Below, piece after piece: positions 46,193-55,191 of a stretch of 64,000 nucleotides of DNA. The position numbers and the translations under genes were made by a program. The stretch lies in assembly GCA_963834205.1 (NCBI GenBank), contig CAWIBI010000055.1, positions 162 through 64,161 of the forward strand, given 5' to 3'. The DNA is from an uncultured Acidobacteriaceae bacterium (GTDB taxonomy: Bacteria > Acidobacteriota > Terriglobia > Terriglobales > Acidobacteriaceae). Positions within the stretch are counted from its first letter, which is position 1, and every line of letters starts with the position of its first letter. A model generated the notes under the pieces. The model saw only the letters and a list, made by a program, of their open reading frames with translations. It was not told where the DNA came from and searched no databases.

Positions 46193-47047
46193 CTATTTCT
46201 TGAACAAATCGGACATTTGCAGGGTAGATTCACTTGAGCGAAGCAGCAGAGTTGGCCGGATATCGGCGAGACGACGGACGTCGCGAGTCATATGCGCCTG
46301 GTCGGCATAGCCGGCACTGGAGGCGAGGTCTGCCAGGCTTTGCTCCACGCCGGCTTCACGCGCCGTCTTGAGAAGACGCTGGAAACGCAGCACGGACTGG
46401 AACATCTTTGGCCCGTACCCAACGGCCGCCGAAAACCGCCGATGAAGCTGACGTTCGCTTATCCCGATCCAGTGACTCAACTGATCGATACGGCCGTGGG
46501 GACGGCGGGAAAGCCACTGGATAGCCGCGAGGACCGCCTGGTCAAAAGGAGCAGAATGTTCCATCGAGGCGCGGAGAACCTGCGCGAGGACTGATCGCCG
46601 GGCTGCAGGGTTTGACTGATCAAGCACCCTGTCCAGCTGGATGTGTTGCATGGGGCCCTTGAGCGTCGCAACGGGAAGATTTTGGTTGACCAACTCTGAT
46701 GCGGGAACGCCGAGCATACCGGACGCGCAGCCAGGACGCAGCCGCGCCCCCGTAATGCTCGTGCCCGCGGGCAATCGGGCCAGGAAGGGAACGGTCCAAG
46801 GGCCCGCCAGCACAGGCGGTTCGTGGTTGATGAAAACGATATCAACACACCCGTCGGGCAGCACCCGGTGCTCATAGACATCCCGCGACCCCATGATGGT
46901 CTGAGTCCAGAAACATAAGAAGCGGGCAGCCAGCGGTCCGGGCGAGGGAAACTCGGTGTATTCCGAGAAAGTCCGGGAGGGCTGGTCGTCAAGATTCATC
47001 GCAATGCTGAAGTGTATAGCCGTTTTAGTCGCGCCCTGATGATCCAC
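46193..47047 (-). CDS. AraC-family transcriptional regulator
   Basis: C-terminal AraC HTH (LADLASSAGYADQAHMTRDVRRLADIRP). A possible alternative start is ATG 46999. Its stop lies 28 nt upstream of the VOC gene. Confidence 0.8.
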   Translation of the reverse strand: MDHQGATKTAIHFSIAMNLDDQPSRTFSEYTEFPSPGPLAARFLCFWTQTIMGSRDVYEHRVLPDGCVDIVFINHEPPVLAGPWTVPFLARLPAGTSITGARLRPGCASGMLGVPASELVNQNLPVATLKGPMQHIQLDRVLDQSNPAARRSVLAQVLRASMEHSAPFDQAVLAAIQWLSRRPHGRIDQLSHWIGISERQLHRRFSAAVGYGPKMFQSVLRFQRLLKTAREAGVEQSLADLASSAGYADQAHMTRDVRRLADIRPTLLLRSSESTLQMSDLFKK

Positions 47048-47267
47048 TAACGGCTTCGATTTATGTTAAACGCCAGTGACGGGAAATGTGGAGGTAATTT
47101 GCTAGTGGCTGAAAAGCTGCACTTTGAGTATTGCGTCGATCCCGGGGTCAAACGAGCGGAAGTTGGCGGGGTTTCCGTTTTGCGGAAAAGCTCTCGATCG
47201 GGCAAGAAAGACGTACCTCAGGGGCTAAAGAGAGTCTCCCTGAGAACCCATCGTTGCTAAATTCTGT

Positions 47268-47440
47268 CCTCACGACGGACCAAAGGGTGCCCCATATCTC
47301 GCTCGTTTTTCGCGAGATATGGGAGAAGCTGCCCTCGATTGGCGTATTTCGATGTTCCAAGTGCTAGAGGGGAGGAGCAGCTTCTCCCACATCTCGCGAA
47401 AAACGAGCGAATATGGGGCACCCTTTGGTGCGTCGTGAGG
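47268..47440. repeat. REPIN-like nested palindrome: two inverted ~65-nt units separated by 44 nt
   Basis: Arms 47268-47332 and 47377-47440 are reverse complements with 2 mismatches and 1 indel. Each arm contains its own ~11-12 bp hairpin (cccatatctcgc...gcgagatatggg). Confidence 0.75.
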
Positions 47441-47466
47441 AGAAATCCCAAAGCACGTTGCTCAGC

Positions 47467-47543
47467 GGTTCTCACGCAGGCTATAAAGCCCGACATATTT
47501 CAATCGTTTGTTATGGCCCGACTAAAGTCGTGCCTTGATACAA
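47467..47543. repeat. Dispersed repeat modules, copy 2
   Basis: See 45543-45601. Confidence 0.65.
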
Positions 47544-47568
47544 CAAAAAATAGTCTTTCCGCATGATC

Positions 47569-47594
47569 CCCAGGTCTCAAAGGCGAGACCTGGG
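47569..47594. repeat. Perfect 10-bp stem / 6-nt loop hairpin (CCCAGGTCTC-aaaggc-GAGACCTGGG), REP-like
   Basis: Read directly. It lies about 30 nt downstream of the CGNR gene stop on the minus strand. There is no U-tract, so it is not called a terminator. Confidence 0.6.
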
Positions 47595-47626
47595 CCACCC
47601 ACCATTGCTTGAGGACCGAAGAGGAC

Positions 47627-48298
47627 TCAGCAATCTACATCAACCGCGCGACGAGCCTGATTACGACGACGTCCTCTATAGGCGGCGACCTTGTGGCGGT
47701 TCCCACATATTTCCATGCTGCACCAGCGGCGATGATGCGATTTGGTCTGGTCGGAGAACCATAGTACGCAGGTCTCGTCTTCGCAGCGTTTTATAAGTTC
47801 GAAGTCCGCTGTCGTAAGCAGATGGGCAGCAGCCTCCGCAACAGGAGCCAAAATTGACTCCGCCGTGTCCTGTCGCCTGACCGTGTCAAGTGTAAGGGTC
47901 CTCGATTTGTTCCAGACCAGCCGTAGATGGCTCTGGCTAGCCGCCAGAAAACTATTAAGGATGGAAGGATCTCCCCTCCTCCCGGCTTTTCGTTTTTCAA
48001 CCAGGGACCGAACGCTTTCCCGCAGGCATCGCGCGGAATGTAGAAGAGCCAACGGCGCTGTTCTGCCGTCGATGGCAGGTGCGGGAAATCCGGCTTGTTT
48101 GAGCCAAATGAGCACATCCTCGTCGCTTTGCAAAAGGTCTACAAGATCTTCATTCACTCTCATACGAGTGTTTAGAAAATCCAGGGCAGGGTGGCCGGCC
48201 AAAAACAGCGCGCGAGATTTGCTCAATTCTTTCGGCACACGACGTTGTCCAAGGGAGCGATGCAACTGAACTGTAACCTGCAAAACGCGTCTTGACAA
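47627..48298 (-). CDS. CGNR zinc-finger domain protein (ABATE + zf-CGNR)
   Basis: The C-terminus CEDETCVLWFSDQTKSHHRRWCSMEICGNRHKVAAYRGRR contains the defining CGNR motif. Confidence 0.8.
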   Translation of the reverse strand: MSRRVLQVTVQLHRSLGQRRVPKELSKSRALFLAGHPALDFLNTRMRVNEDLVDLLQSDEDVLIWLKQAGFPAPAIDGRTAPLALLHSARCLRESVRSLVEKRKAGRRGDPSILNSFLAASQSHLRLVWNKSRTLTLDTVRRQDTAESILAPVAEAAAHLLTTADFELIKRCEDETCVLWFSDQTKSHHRRWCSMEICGNRHKVAAYRGRRRNQARRAVDVDC

Positions 48299-48445
48299 GT
48301 GTCGTGGATCCGTGTGTAACTGGAGGCGGCTAGTTCCGCGGTGTCTCTTTTCCGCCGCGACTGATGTAGGGAAGGGTGCATCTACCCTATAGCCGCGTGA
48401 TCGCTACAAACCATGCGGCGACCTGGCCTCAGGTAAGGAGAGCGG

Positions 48446-50602
48446 ATGGAGCGGGCAAAGGGATCTCTTCTACAACTCCTTCCGCGTGCGGAACCGGCGC
48501 AGAACGAGACTGGCCTCATTTCCAGCGAATCCGTGCTCGAAGTTCTTAAGTTGATTCTTGCCGGATCTCCGTTATCTGAAGTGCTCGCGGTCATCGCTGA
48601 ATTGGTTGAATCTCAGGGCGAAGGGATGTTCTGCACCATCTGGCTTCCTGATGGAGATGAACGGCAAATTCATTGTGCAGCGGCTCCCAGCCTCCCGGGA
48701 TTCGGCGCTCACGTAGGACCGATGTTCGTTAGCCCCAAAGGGGCGTCCTGCGGCACCGCCATCTATCGGCGAGAACCGGTGTATGTGACCGACATCTTCA
48801 GCGACTCGCTGTGGGACGATTATCGTGACTCAGTCGCGCCTTATGGCATCCGTGCCGTGTGGTCGCGACCGTTGTTCTCGGGTGAGGGCAAAGTGCTGGG
48901 CACATTCGCCATCCTTTATCGCGAAGTCCGTAGCCCGGGTGCAGCGGATCTGCGGTTGATCGAGAATGCCAGCCATATTGCAGGAATCGCGATTGAGCGC
49001 CACATGAATGAACAAAAGCTGCGCCATGAACGTGACCGGCTGAGATTGCTTCTCAAAATCACGAACAGCATGACATCCAAGCTGGATCTTGGCCATTTGC
49101 TGGAGACGCTATCCACGAATTTGCTGAGCGTAACGCGATGTGATTTTTGCGCGTTGCTCTTGCCGCATGCGGATAGTAGTCAATTGCGCACGACTGTTCT
49201 GTACAACCCGGAAAGCCGAGGCGCCATTCTTGATGGCACGATCGTTCCGGTAAAAGGATCGATGTGCGGTAAAGCGTTTCTGTCGGGCAAGAATCAACTT
49301 ATCGATCGGCTCGAAGACCTAAGCCACGACCCTGAAAGCTACGGAAATAGCGAAGGGCGACGCTTCTTCGATCGAGTGCTGGCGGAGGGCTTGAAGTCCG
49401 GCTGCGAGTTACCACTTATCGGACGAAAGGGCGTCATTGGTGTTTTGGGAGCGTTCAGCCGTTCGGAGAGGGCTTTTAGCGAGGATGAGTTCGCCTTTCT
49501 AGAACAAGTGGCCTTGCAGGTCGCCATTGCGGTTGAGAATGCTTTGGACTTTGAAGAGGCGACGGAAAACAAGGTCAGCGAAACGAAACGGAGAGTCTAT
49601 CTCGAAGAGGAAGTTCGTGCCGAGTTCGGAGCAATCGTCGGCGACAGTCCAGCGTTGAACAGCGCATTGCACCTGGTGTCTGTCGTGGCCCCTGCGGATT
49701 CGAGCGTGCTGATCCTGGGTGAGACGGGGACCGGTAAGGAGCTTATCGCGCGCGCGATCCACAATCTTAGTAGCCGGCGGGAACGGGCTTTCGTCAAATT
49801 GAACTGCGCGGCGATCCCGCTTGGGCTGCTCGAAAGCGAGTTATTCGGGCATGAAAGGGGAGCATTTACCGGGGCCATCGCGCAGAAAACGGGACGTTTC
49901 GAACTTGCGCACAAAGGCACTCTCTTACTCGATGAAGTCGGGGACATCCCTCTGGAACTTCAGGCAAAACTGCTACGGGTACTACAGGAACAGGAATTCG
50001 AGAGACTGGGCAGCAACCGCACGCACAAGGTAGATGTTCGCCTGATCGCGGCCACTCATCGTGATTTGGCCGCTATGGTAAAGCAGGGCACATTTCGCGA
50101 AGATCTGTATTATCGGCTCAAAGTATTTCCGATCAACGTTCCGGCCCTGCGGCAACGTACGGAGGACATTCCTAAACTTGTCTGGCACTTCACCGAACTC
50201 TACGCGAGGCGAATGAACAAGAGAATCGACGAGATCCCTGCGGAGACCATGGATGCGCTGGTGCGATATCGCTGGCCTGGGAATGTTCGCGAATTGCAGA
50301 ACTTTATCGAACGGGGTGTGATTCTTTCTCCTCGCACGGTGTTGCGAGCCCCGACTTCGGAATTGGAGCCCTTCAGTGCTCTCAAGGGGTCCAATGTGCC
50401 CATCACAGGCCTCGAGGAAGTTGAGCGAGATCATATCGTCCGTGCACTGGAAGCGAGCAATTGGGTGGTGGGCGGCCGAAGTGGCGCTGCAGAGCGCCTA
50501 GGGATGAAGCGGACATCCCTGGTTTATAAGATGGGGAGGCTAGGGATAATCCGTCCCGTCTCCGCCCAACCACAGAGTGCCGTCGAGGGTCAGGTACGCT
50601 AA
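48446..50602 (+). CDS. Sigma54-dependent transcriptional activator (GAF-GAF-AAA+-HTH; FhlA-like architecture)
   Basis: Walker A GETGTGKE. The sigma54-contact GAFTGA motif (ERGAFTGAIAQ). Walker B LLLDEVGD. C-terminal Fis-type HTH (AAERLGMKRTSLVYKMGRLGI). The N-terminal ~370 aa look like two GAF domains. Confidence 0.9.
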   Translation: MERAKGSLLQLLPRAEPAQNETGLISSESVLEVLKLILAGSPLSEVLAVIAELVESQGEGMFCTIWLPDGDERQIHCAAAPSLPGFGAHVGPMFVSPKGASCGTAIYRREPVYVTDIFSDSLWDDYRDSVAPYGIRAVWSRPLFSGEGKVLGTFAILYREVRSPGAADLRLIENASHIAGIAIERHMNEQKLRHERDRLRLLLKITNSMTSKLDLGHLLETLSTNLLSVTRCDFCALLLPHADSSQLRTTVLYNPESRGAILDGTIVPVKGSMCGKAFLSGKNQLIDRLEDLSHDPESYGNSEGRRFFDRVLAEGLKSGCELPLIGRKGVIGVLGAFSRSERAFSEDEFAFLEQVALQVAIAVENALDFEEATENKVSETKRRVYLEEEVRAEFGAIVGDSPALNSALHLVSVVAPADSSVLILGETGTGKELIARAIHNLSSRRERAFVKLNCAAIPLGLLESELFGHERGAFTGAIAQKTGRFELAHKGTLLLDEVGDIPLELQAKLLRVLQEQEFERLGSNRTHKVDVRLIAATHRDLAAMVKQGTFREDLYYRLKVFPINVPALRQRTEDIPKLVWHFTELYARRMNKRIDEIPAETMDALVRYRWPGNVRELQNFIERGVILSPRTVLRAPTSELEPFSALKGSNVPITGLEEVERDHIVRALEASNWVVGGRSGAAERLGMKRTSLVYKMGRLGIIRPVSAQPQSAVEGQVR

Positions 50603-50683
50603 GTTCGGCTTAGGTTTTGCAGCGACAAACCTGTGCCGTGCGCGCTGAACGCGGGGCAAATCAGCCTGGCCGGTCATTTTAGT

Positions 50684-53191
50684 TCATTGGATACTTAACT
50701 CCGTGCCTTTGCCCTCGTCCGTCACAGTAACAAAGAAGCCTTGGGGAAGCTGCTCCACGGCCAGCGGCGCAGTGCGATTCGCACTGGGATTTTTGATCTG
50801 AACCCTGTTCTGTTTCGGGGTCCATCCATACACCTCCGCACGAATCTCCTTCCACCAAGCTGGGTAGGGGCCCTGGTGTGAGCCGATCGAGAGGTTTAAA
50901 CCATCTTGCGTTATCTCGCAGCCGAAATGCATTCGCAACGAATCGCCGTGTTCGAAAGCATAAGACTTTCCATCATCCAGATAGAGGTCGCCGCTACACG
51001 GCTTTCCTACGTAGACGCGCAATGTGAGCTGACCCTGAGGTGTCTCACTCGTGCTCTGCACCAACGGTTGCATGGGCAGGATTGACCCGGCGCGGACGAA
51101 GATCGGGAGCGTAGCCAACTCGGGGTGCATCGGTATCGACAATGGCGCCGGGCTCACCAGCTGCAGGGAAGCGTTGGCTGCTGCCACGGGTGGCGCTACC
51201 CTGGCGCCGGTCCAATAATCGAACCAATCTCGCGAGGGAAACTCAACCGAATAGGCATCCGGCTCTTCGGGATACGGACTAGCGGCTATGAGTAGATCGG
51301 GTCCAAGCATGAACTCCCCTGCAGCCGCTGGATCAACGTCGATGGGGTGCCCGTCCGCCATGGCATCCGGAAATTCGAGAAAGAGCGGCCGCACCATGGG
51401 TAGGCCGGTGCGCGAACTCTCGTCTGCGAGTTGATAGAGATAGGGCATCAGCCGATAGCGCTCCTCGATATAGCGGCGGCGGATCGCCTCCTGCTCGGGA
51501 CCTCCGACCCAGGGCTCCTGATCGCCGGTTCCTTTTTCGGTGTGATCGCGGTCAATCGGCTGGAATGCCGCAACCTCCAGCCATTTGGTAAGCAGCTCAA
51601 CGGGAGCTGTTCCCGCAAAGCCGCCAACATCCGCACCGGTGAACGCAAAGCCACTTAGGCCCAGATTTTCCAGCATTGCCGATGTCATGCGCAGATGATT
51701 CCAGGTGCTGCTGTTGTCGCCCGTCCAGGTCGCGCCGTATCTCTGCCCGCCCGCATAGGAGGCGCGCGTGAGCACCATGGGCCGCAGATCGGGATTCAGC
51801 TGCTTTAGACCCTCAAACGTTGCGCGGGCGTTTTCCATGCCATATACGTTGTGTATCTCCGCATGGGTTGCCGTGCGCGGTGAGAAACCTGGCTCGTCGA
51901 TCCTATGAACGACATCGAGGGGCATTGTCCCGGAAACTGTATGGAAGATAGAAGGCTCGTTCATGTCATCCCAAAAGCCGGAAACGCCTTGACGGTAGAA
52001 ATCCCGGTACAACGTGCCGAACCATTCCCGGGTTTGCTGCCGCGTAAAGTCGGGAAAGACGCTCGGACCAGGCCATACGTCGCCAACGTAGACCGAGCCG
52101 TCGGGATTTTTGACGAACTGATCGCCGGCGATCCCGCTGTCGTAGGGCGGATATTTCTGATGTGGAGCGTCGGCAATATGAAGATCAGTGATAGTTACCA
52201 CATGAAAGTTGTCCGCTTTGAGCTGGGCCAGCATTCCACTGAAATCCGGGAACCGTACGCAGTCAACGGTGAAGGGAAAATTCTTGTCCTGAAAGTCTAT
52301 GTCCAGATAGATGGCGTCGGCAGGTATCCTGTCGGCTCTAAGGCGATTGGCGATCTCCATCACCCGCGATTGCGGATAGTAAGTGTATCGGGATTGCTGG
52401 AAACCGAATGTCCACATCGGAGGCAGCGGCGGCTTACCCGTAAGCCATGCATAGGATTCAAGCACCTCCCGGGGAGAGGGCCCGTAAAGGATGTAGTAGT
52501 CCAAAGGACCATCCACTGCGCCAAAGGAATAGACGCCCGGTTCCGCCTTACCAAAATCGAAGCTGCTGCGCCACGTATTGTCTAACAGAACGCCCATGGC
52601 CTGTCCTGCGTGGAAAGTCAGAAAGAAGGGAATACTCTTATAGATTGGGTCGGTCGATTCCTGAAAGCGGTAGGCATCGGTGTTCCAAAGACTGAAGGCC
52701 TGGTTGCGCCGATCGAGCGGACCGGTCTTATCCCCAAGTCCGAAATAATGCTCGTCGACCGGCATGGTCTTGTAGACGCGGAATGTTGCTTCACGAAACT
52801 CCGGAGGGCGCGCGTCTTCGTTGAGCACCTTGCCGCCGCGGTCGAGGATCGTCATGCGCAGAGTCTTGCGGTCGATCACCACACGAAGAGCGCTGGTGCG
52901 AAATCCGGCGGAGCTGGAAGCGATCTCCGGAGTGACGTTGACGGAGCTGGTCCTGGCCGCAGGGAGCACCGCCCAGGATGCGTCTTCCGGCAATCCGCCG
53001 CTGCGCACGACGCGTACACGCAACAGATCGTCACGGAGCGCGGTGATTTGCTCGCGCACGCCGGCGGCGCGCACTTCAATTCCATTCGGCAGCGGTGTAA
53101 ATCGAGTCGCGCGCTCCTGGGCTCCCGTCGCGTTCGAAGAAACGAAGGAGCAAAAAAGCACAATAAGGGGCCACGCGTTGCGGATGCTCAT
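50684..53191 (-). CDS. GH31 alpha-glucosidase/alpha-xylosidase
   Basis: 835-aa ORF with signal peptide. GFWDDMNEPS contains the GH31 nucleophile motif WxDMNEP. YGATWTGDNSSTW is the acid/base region. Confidence 0.85.
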   Translation of the reverse strand: MSIRNAWPLIVLFCSFVSSNATGAQERATRFTPLPNGIEVRAAGVREQITALRDDLLRVRVVRSGGLPEDASWAVLPAARTSSVNVTPEIASSSAGFRTSALRVVIDRKTLRMTILDRGGKVLNEDARPPEFREATFRVYKTMPVDEHYFGLGDKTGPLDRRNQAFSLWNTDAYRFQESTDPIYKSIPFFLTFHAGQAMGVLLDNTWRSSFDFGKAEPGVYSFGAVDGPLDYYILYGPSPREVLESYAWLTGKPPLPPMWTFGFQQSRYTYYPQSRVMEIANRLRADRIPADAIYLDIDFQDKNFPFTVDCVRFPDFSGMLAQLKADNFHVVTITDLHIADAPHQKYPPYDSGIAGDQFVKNPDGSVYVGDVWPGPSVFPDFTRQQTREWFGTLYRDFYRQGVSGFWDDMNEPSIFHTVSGTMPLDVVHRIDEPGFSPRTATHAEIHNVYGMENARATFEGLKQLNPDLRPMVLTRASYAGGQRYGATWTGDNSSTWNHLRMTSAMLENLGLSGFAFTGADVGGFAGTAPVELLTKWLEVAAFQPIDRDHTEKGTGDQEPWVGGPEQEAIRRRYIEERYRLMPYLYQLADESSRTGLPMVRPLFLEFPDAMADGHPIDVDPAAAGEFMLGPDLLIAASPYPEEPDAYSVEFPSRDWFDYWTGARVAPPVAAANASLQLVSPAPLSIPMHPELATLPIFVRAGSILPMQPLVQSTSETPQGQLTLRVYVGKPCSGDLYLDDGKSYAFEHGDSLRMHFGCEITQDGLNLSIGSHQGPYPAWWKEIRAEVYGWTPKQNRVQIKNPSANRTAPLAVEQLPQGFFVTVTDEGKGTELSIQ

Positions 53192-53231
53192 TCTCGAGTG
53201 ATCCTTCCGACAGGTTTCTGGATTGGCTTGT

Positions 53232-55184
53232 CTAAGGCTTTTGTTGGGGTAGATCTTGGTCCACAGGCTGGCTGGAATCCATGATCGCGGTAACCGCTCT
53301 CTTTCGCCTTTGGTCTTCCAGCGCCTTCACTTGCTGCATAGCTGCATCTGCTCTCTTGGTGTCGCCGGCTTTGCGATACATGCGAGCAAGCTTGTAGTGA
53401 GTGCTGCCATCTTCATCGGCAGCCAGGCCCATCTCCAGCTGAACGATTGCCTCCTGGGTTCTTCCCGTCTCGGCATAAACGGTGCCTAAGAGAGCGTGCA
53501 CATGGGGTAGCATCTGTGGTTTCGCTCCGAGCCCTTTCTGAAGAAACGGTTCGGCGGACGCGTAGTCGCGACGCGAAAGCAGCGCTTCTCCCATGAGCAA
53601 ATTCAGTTCCGGGTCATTCGGACTGCCGGCAAGAGCACTGGTGGCCGTGGCAATGGTGTCGTCGATCTTCGCGTTACCGAAATAGGCGTAGGCCAGGCCA
53701 AGCAGGGCCGCATGATCCGTGGGAGCCCGTTCCAGCGCCAGCTTGTACTGCGCCTGGGCATCGTCAAATCGTTGCCGTTGGCGATACATATCTCCGAGCA
53801 GGATGTGGCTTTGCGCGGAGTCAGGCGCCAGCTGCTCGAAACGTGCCAATGCTTCCGTCGCCAGCGTTTGATTGGCTTTGATGGACCAATAAAGGCCGCC
53901 CAGGGGATTCGACGGGCGGGCGGCCAGAGTTTCGCTCGCGCTCGACGCCAGTTCGTAGTCGCCGGCATAGTAGGCGCAAGCCGAAAGCAGCAGCAATTCA
54001 CGTTCGCTTCGGCTCGCGAAATTCTCCTTGAGGGTGGCTGCACACTGCGCATAGCGTCCCGTGTTGTAGAACCGGTCTGCGCGGCCGGCTGGAGGCCGGG
54101 ATTGGAGCAGGCGTTGATCTGGGCGTTGATCTGGGCGTTGACCAAAAGGCTCTGCATTCGCACTCCACGCCGCAGTCAAACACTGATACAAATCTGCTTC
54201 GATCTTTCCGGAGGCATTCTGCTGGGTGAGGAACTCTGCAAAGGCCGCCGCTTTGGGCTGGGGCAGTCCGTCGGCGAGCAACGCAACATGGCTGCGCACG
54301 AGGCCGGGGTCCTGCGTCCACAGCCTCTGGAGCAAAGCCAAAGCCTGCGGGTAGCTCCCCTCCTCGACGTGCAACCCCGCTTGTCCCAGGGCCGCAATCC
54401 CGCACCCCGGGTCGGTTTTGATCTCCCTCTCGAATTCGGATTTAGCATCCTCCATCTTTTGCTGCTTCCAATACATGAATCCGAATTCTGCATGGAGGCA
54501 AGGTGGCTGCGGTTCCGAGGCGATTGCTTTCTCGAAGGAATCGGTGGCTTCTATATATCGTGATTGGCGCGTCATCGACTCGGCATAGAGCGCCTGCGCG
54601 TATGACGAGTCGCGGCCGTCGGTCGAAAGCTTGCGAGCATCCTCTTCTACCTGGTCAAGATAGGCCATTCCACGGCCGAGCCACGCGTTGCTCTGTTTCG
54701 GATCGAGCTGCGTTACCCGGTTAAACTCCCGTGCTGCCGCCGGAAAATTAGCAGAGGAAGAATACGCTCGTCCCAACTCCAGAGGCGCTTCCGGATCGGT
54801 CTTGTTCATAGCCTCCGCCTGGCTCAGGAAATGGATAGCTGCGCTGGTGTTCCCTGTGTGCAGGTAGTCGATGCCGAGGAACAATTTTGGAACGTAGAGG
54901 GTGGGTTTGCGGCGAAGGGCCTGCTGAAAGCTTCGGATCGCTTCGGCATAGTCTCCGCTTTCATGTTCCACCAGTCCCAGGTTCGCCCACATTTCCGCGG
55001 CCTCCGGATGCATCGTCACGGCTTGCTTGTAATCTTCCACGGCCGCCTTGAAGTCATTTTGGCTCATTGCTTCCTGGGCCGCCGTAACCACCGCGGCATA
55101 CTTCGCCCCTTGCTCCTGTTGGCCGAACCCCGGCGCGGGAATGGCTAACAGGAGCTGGAGCAGCAGTGTGCAGCGAATTTTCAA
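53232..55184 (-). CDS. Secreted TPR protein
   Basis: The track ORF extends to 55331, inside the upstream TBDR. The TTG at 55182-55184 gives (M)KIRCTLLLQLLLAIPAPGFGQQ, a signal peptide, 7 nt after the TBDR stop. TPR signatures throughout. Confidence 0.75.
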   Translation of the reverse strand: MKIRCTLLLQLLLAIPAPGFGQQEQGAKYAAVVTAAQEAMSQNDFKAAVEDYKQAVTMHPEAAEMWANLGLVEHESGDYAEAIRSFQQALRRKPTLYVPKLFLGIDYLHTGNTSAAIHFLSQAEAMNKTDPEAPLELGRAYSSSANFPAAAREFNRVTQLDPKQSNAWLGRGMAYLDQVEEDARKLSTDGRDSSYAQALYAESMTRQSRYIEATDSFEKAIASEPQPPCLHAEFGFMYWKQQKMEDAKSEFEREIKTDPGCGIAALGQAGLHVEEGSYPQALALLQRLWTQDPGLVRSHVALLADGLPQPKAAAFAEFLTQQNASGKIEADLYQCLTAAWSANAEPFGQRPDQRPDQRLLQSRPPAGRADRFYNTGRYAQCAATLKENFASRSERELLLLSACAYYAGDYELASSASETLAARPSNPLGGLYWSIKANQTLATEALARFEQLAPDSAQSHILLGDMYRQRQRFDDAQAQYKLALERAPTDHAALLGLAYAYFGNAKIDDTIATATSALAGSPNDPELNLLMGEALLSRRDYASAEPFLQKGLGAKPQMLPHVHALLGTVYAETGRTQEAIVQLEMGLAADEDGSTHYKLARMYRKAGDTKRADAAMQQVKALEDQRRKRAVTAIMDSSQPVDQDLPQQKP

Positions 55185-55191
55185 TGAAACG

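Noticed and set aside
48299-48445. A sigma54 (-24 TGGCAC / -12 TTGC) promoter that the GAF-GAF enhancer-binding protein at 48446-50602 could act on.
   Set aside because: Scanning by eye for TGGCAC-N5-TTGC on both strands found only partial matches inside coding regions (for example 25190-25205). No convincing target was found in this window, so the target may lie elsewhere. A proper PWM scan is needed.
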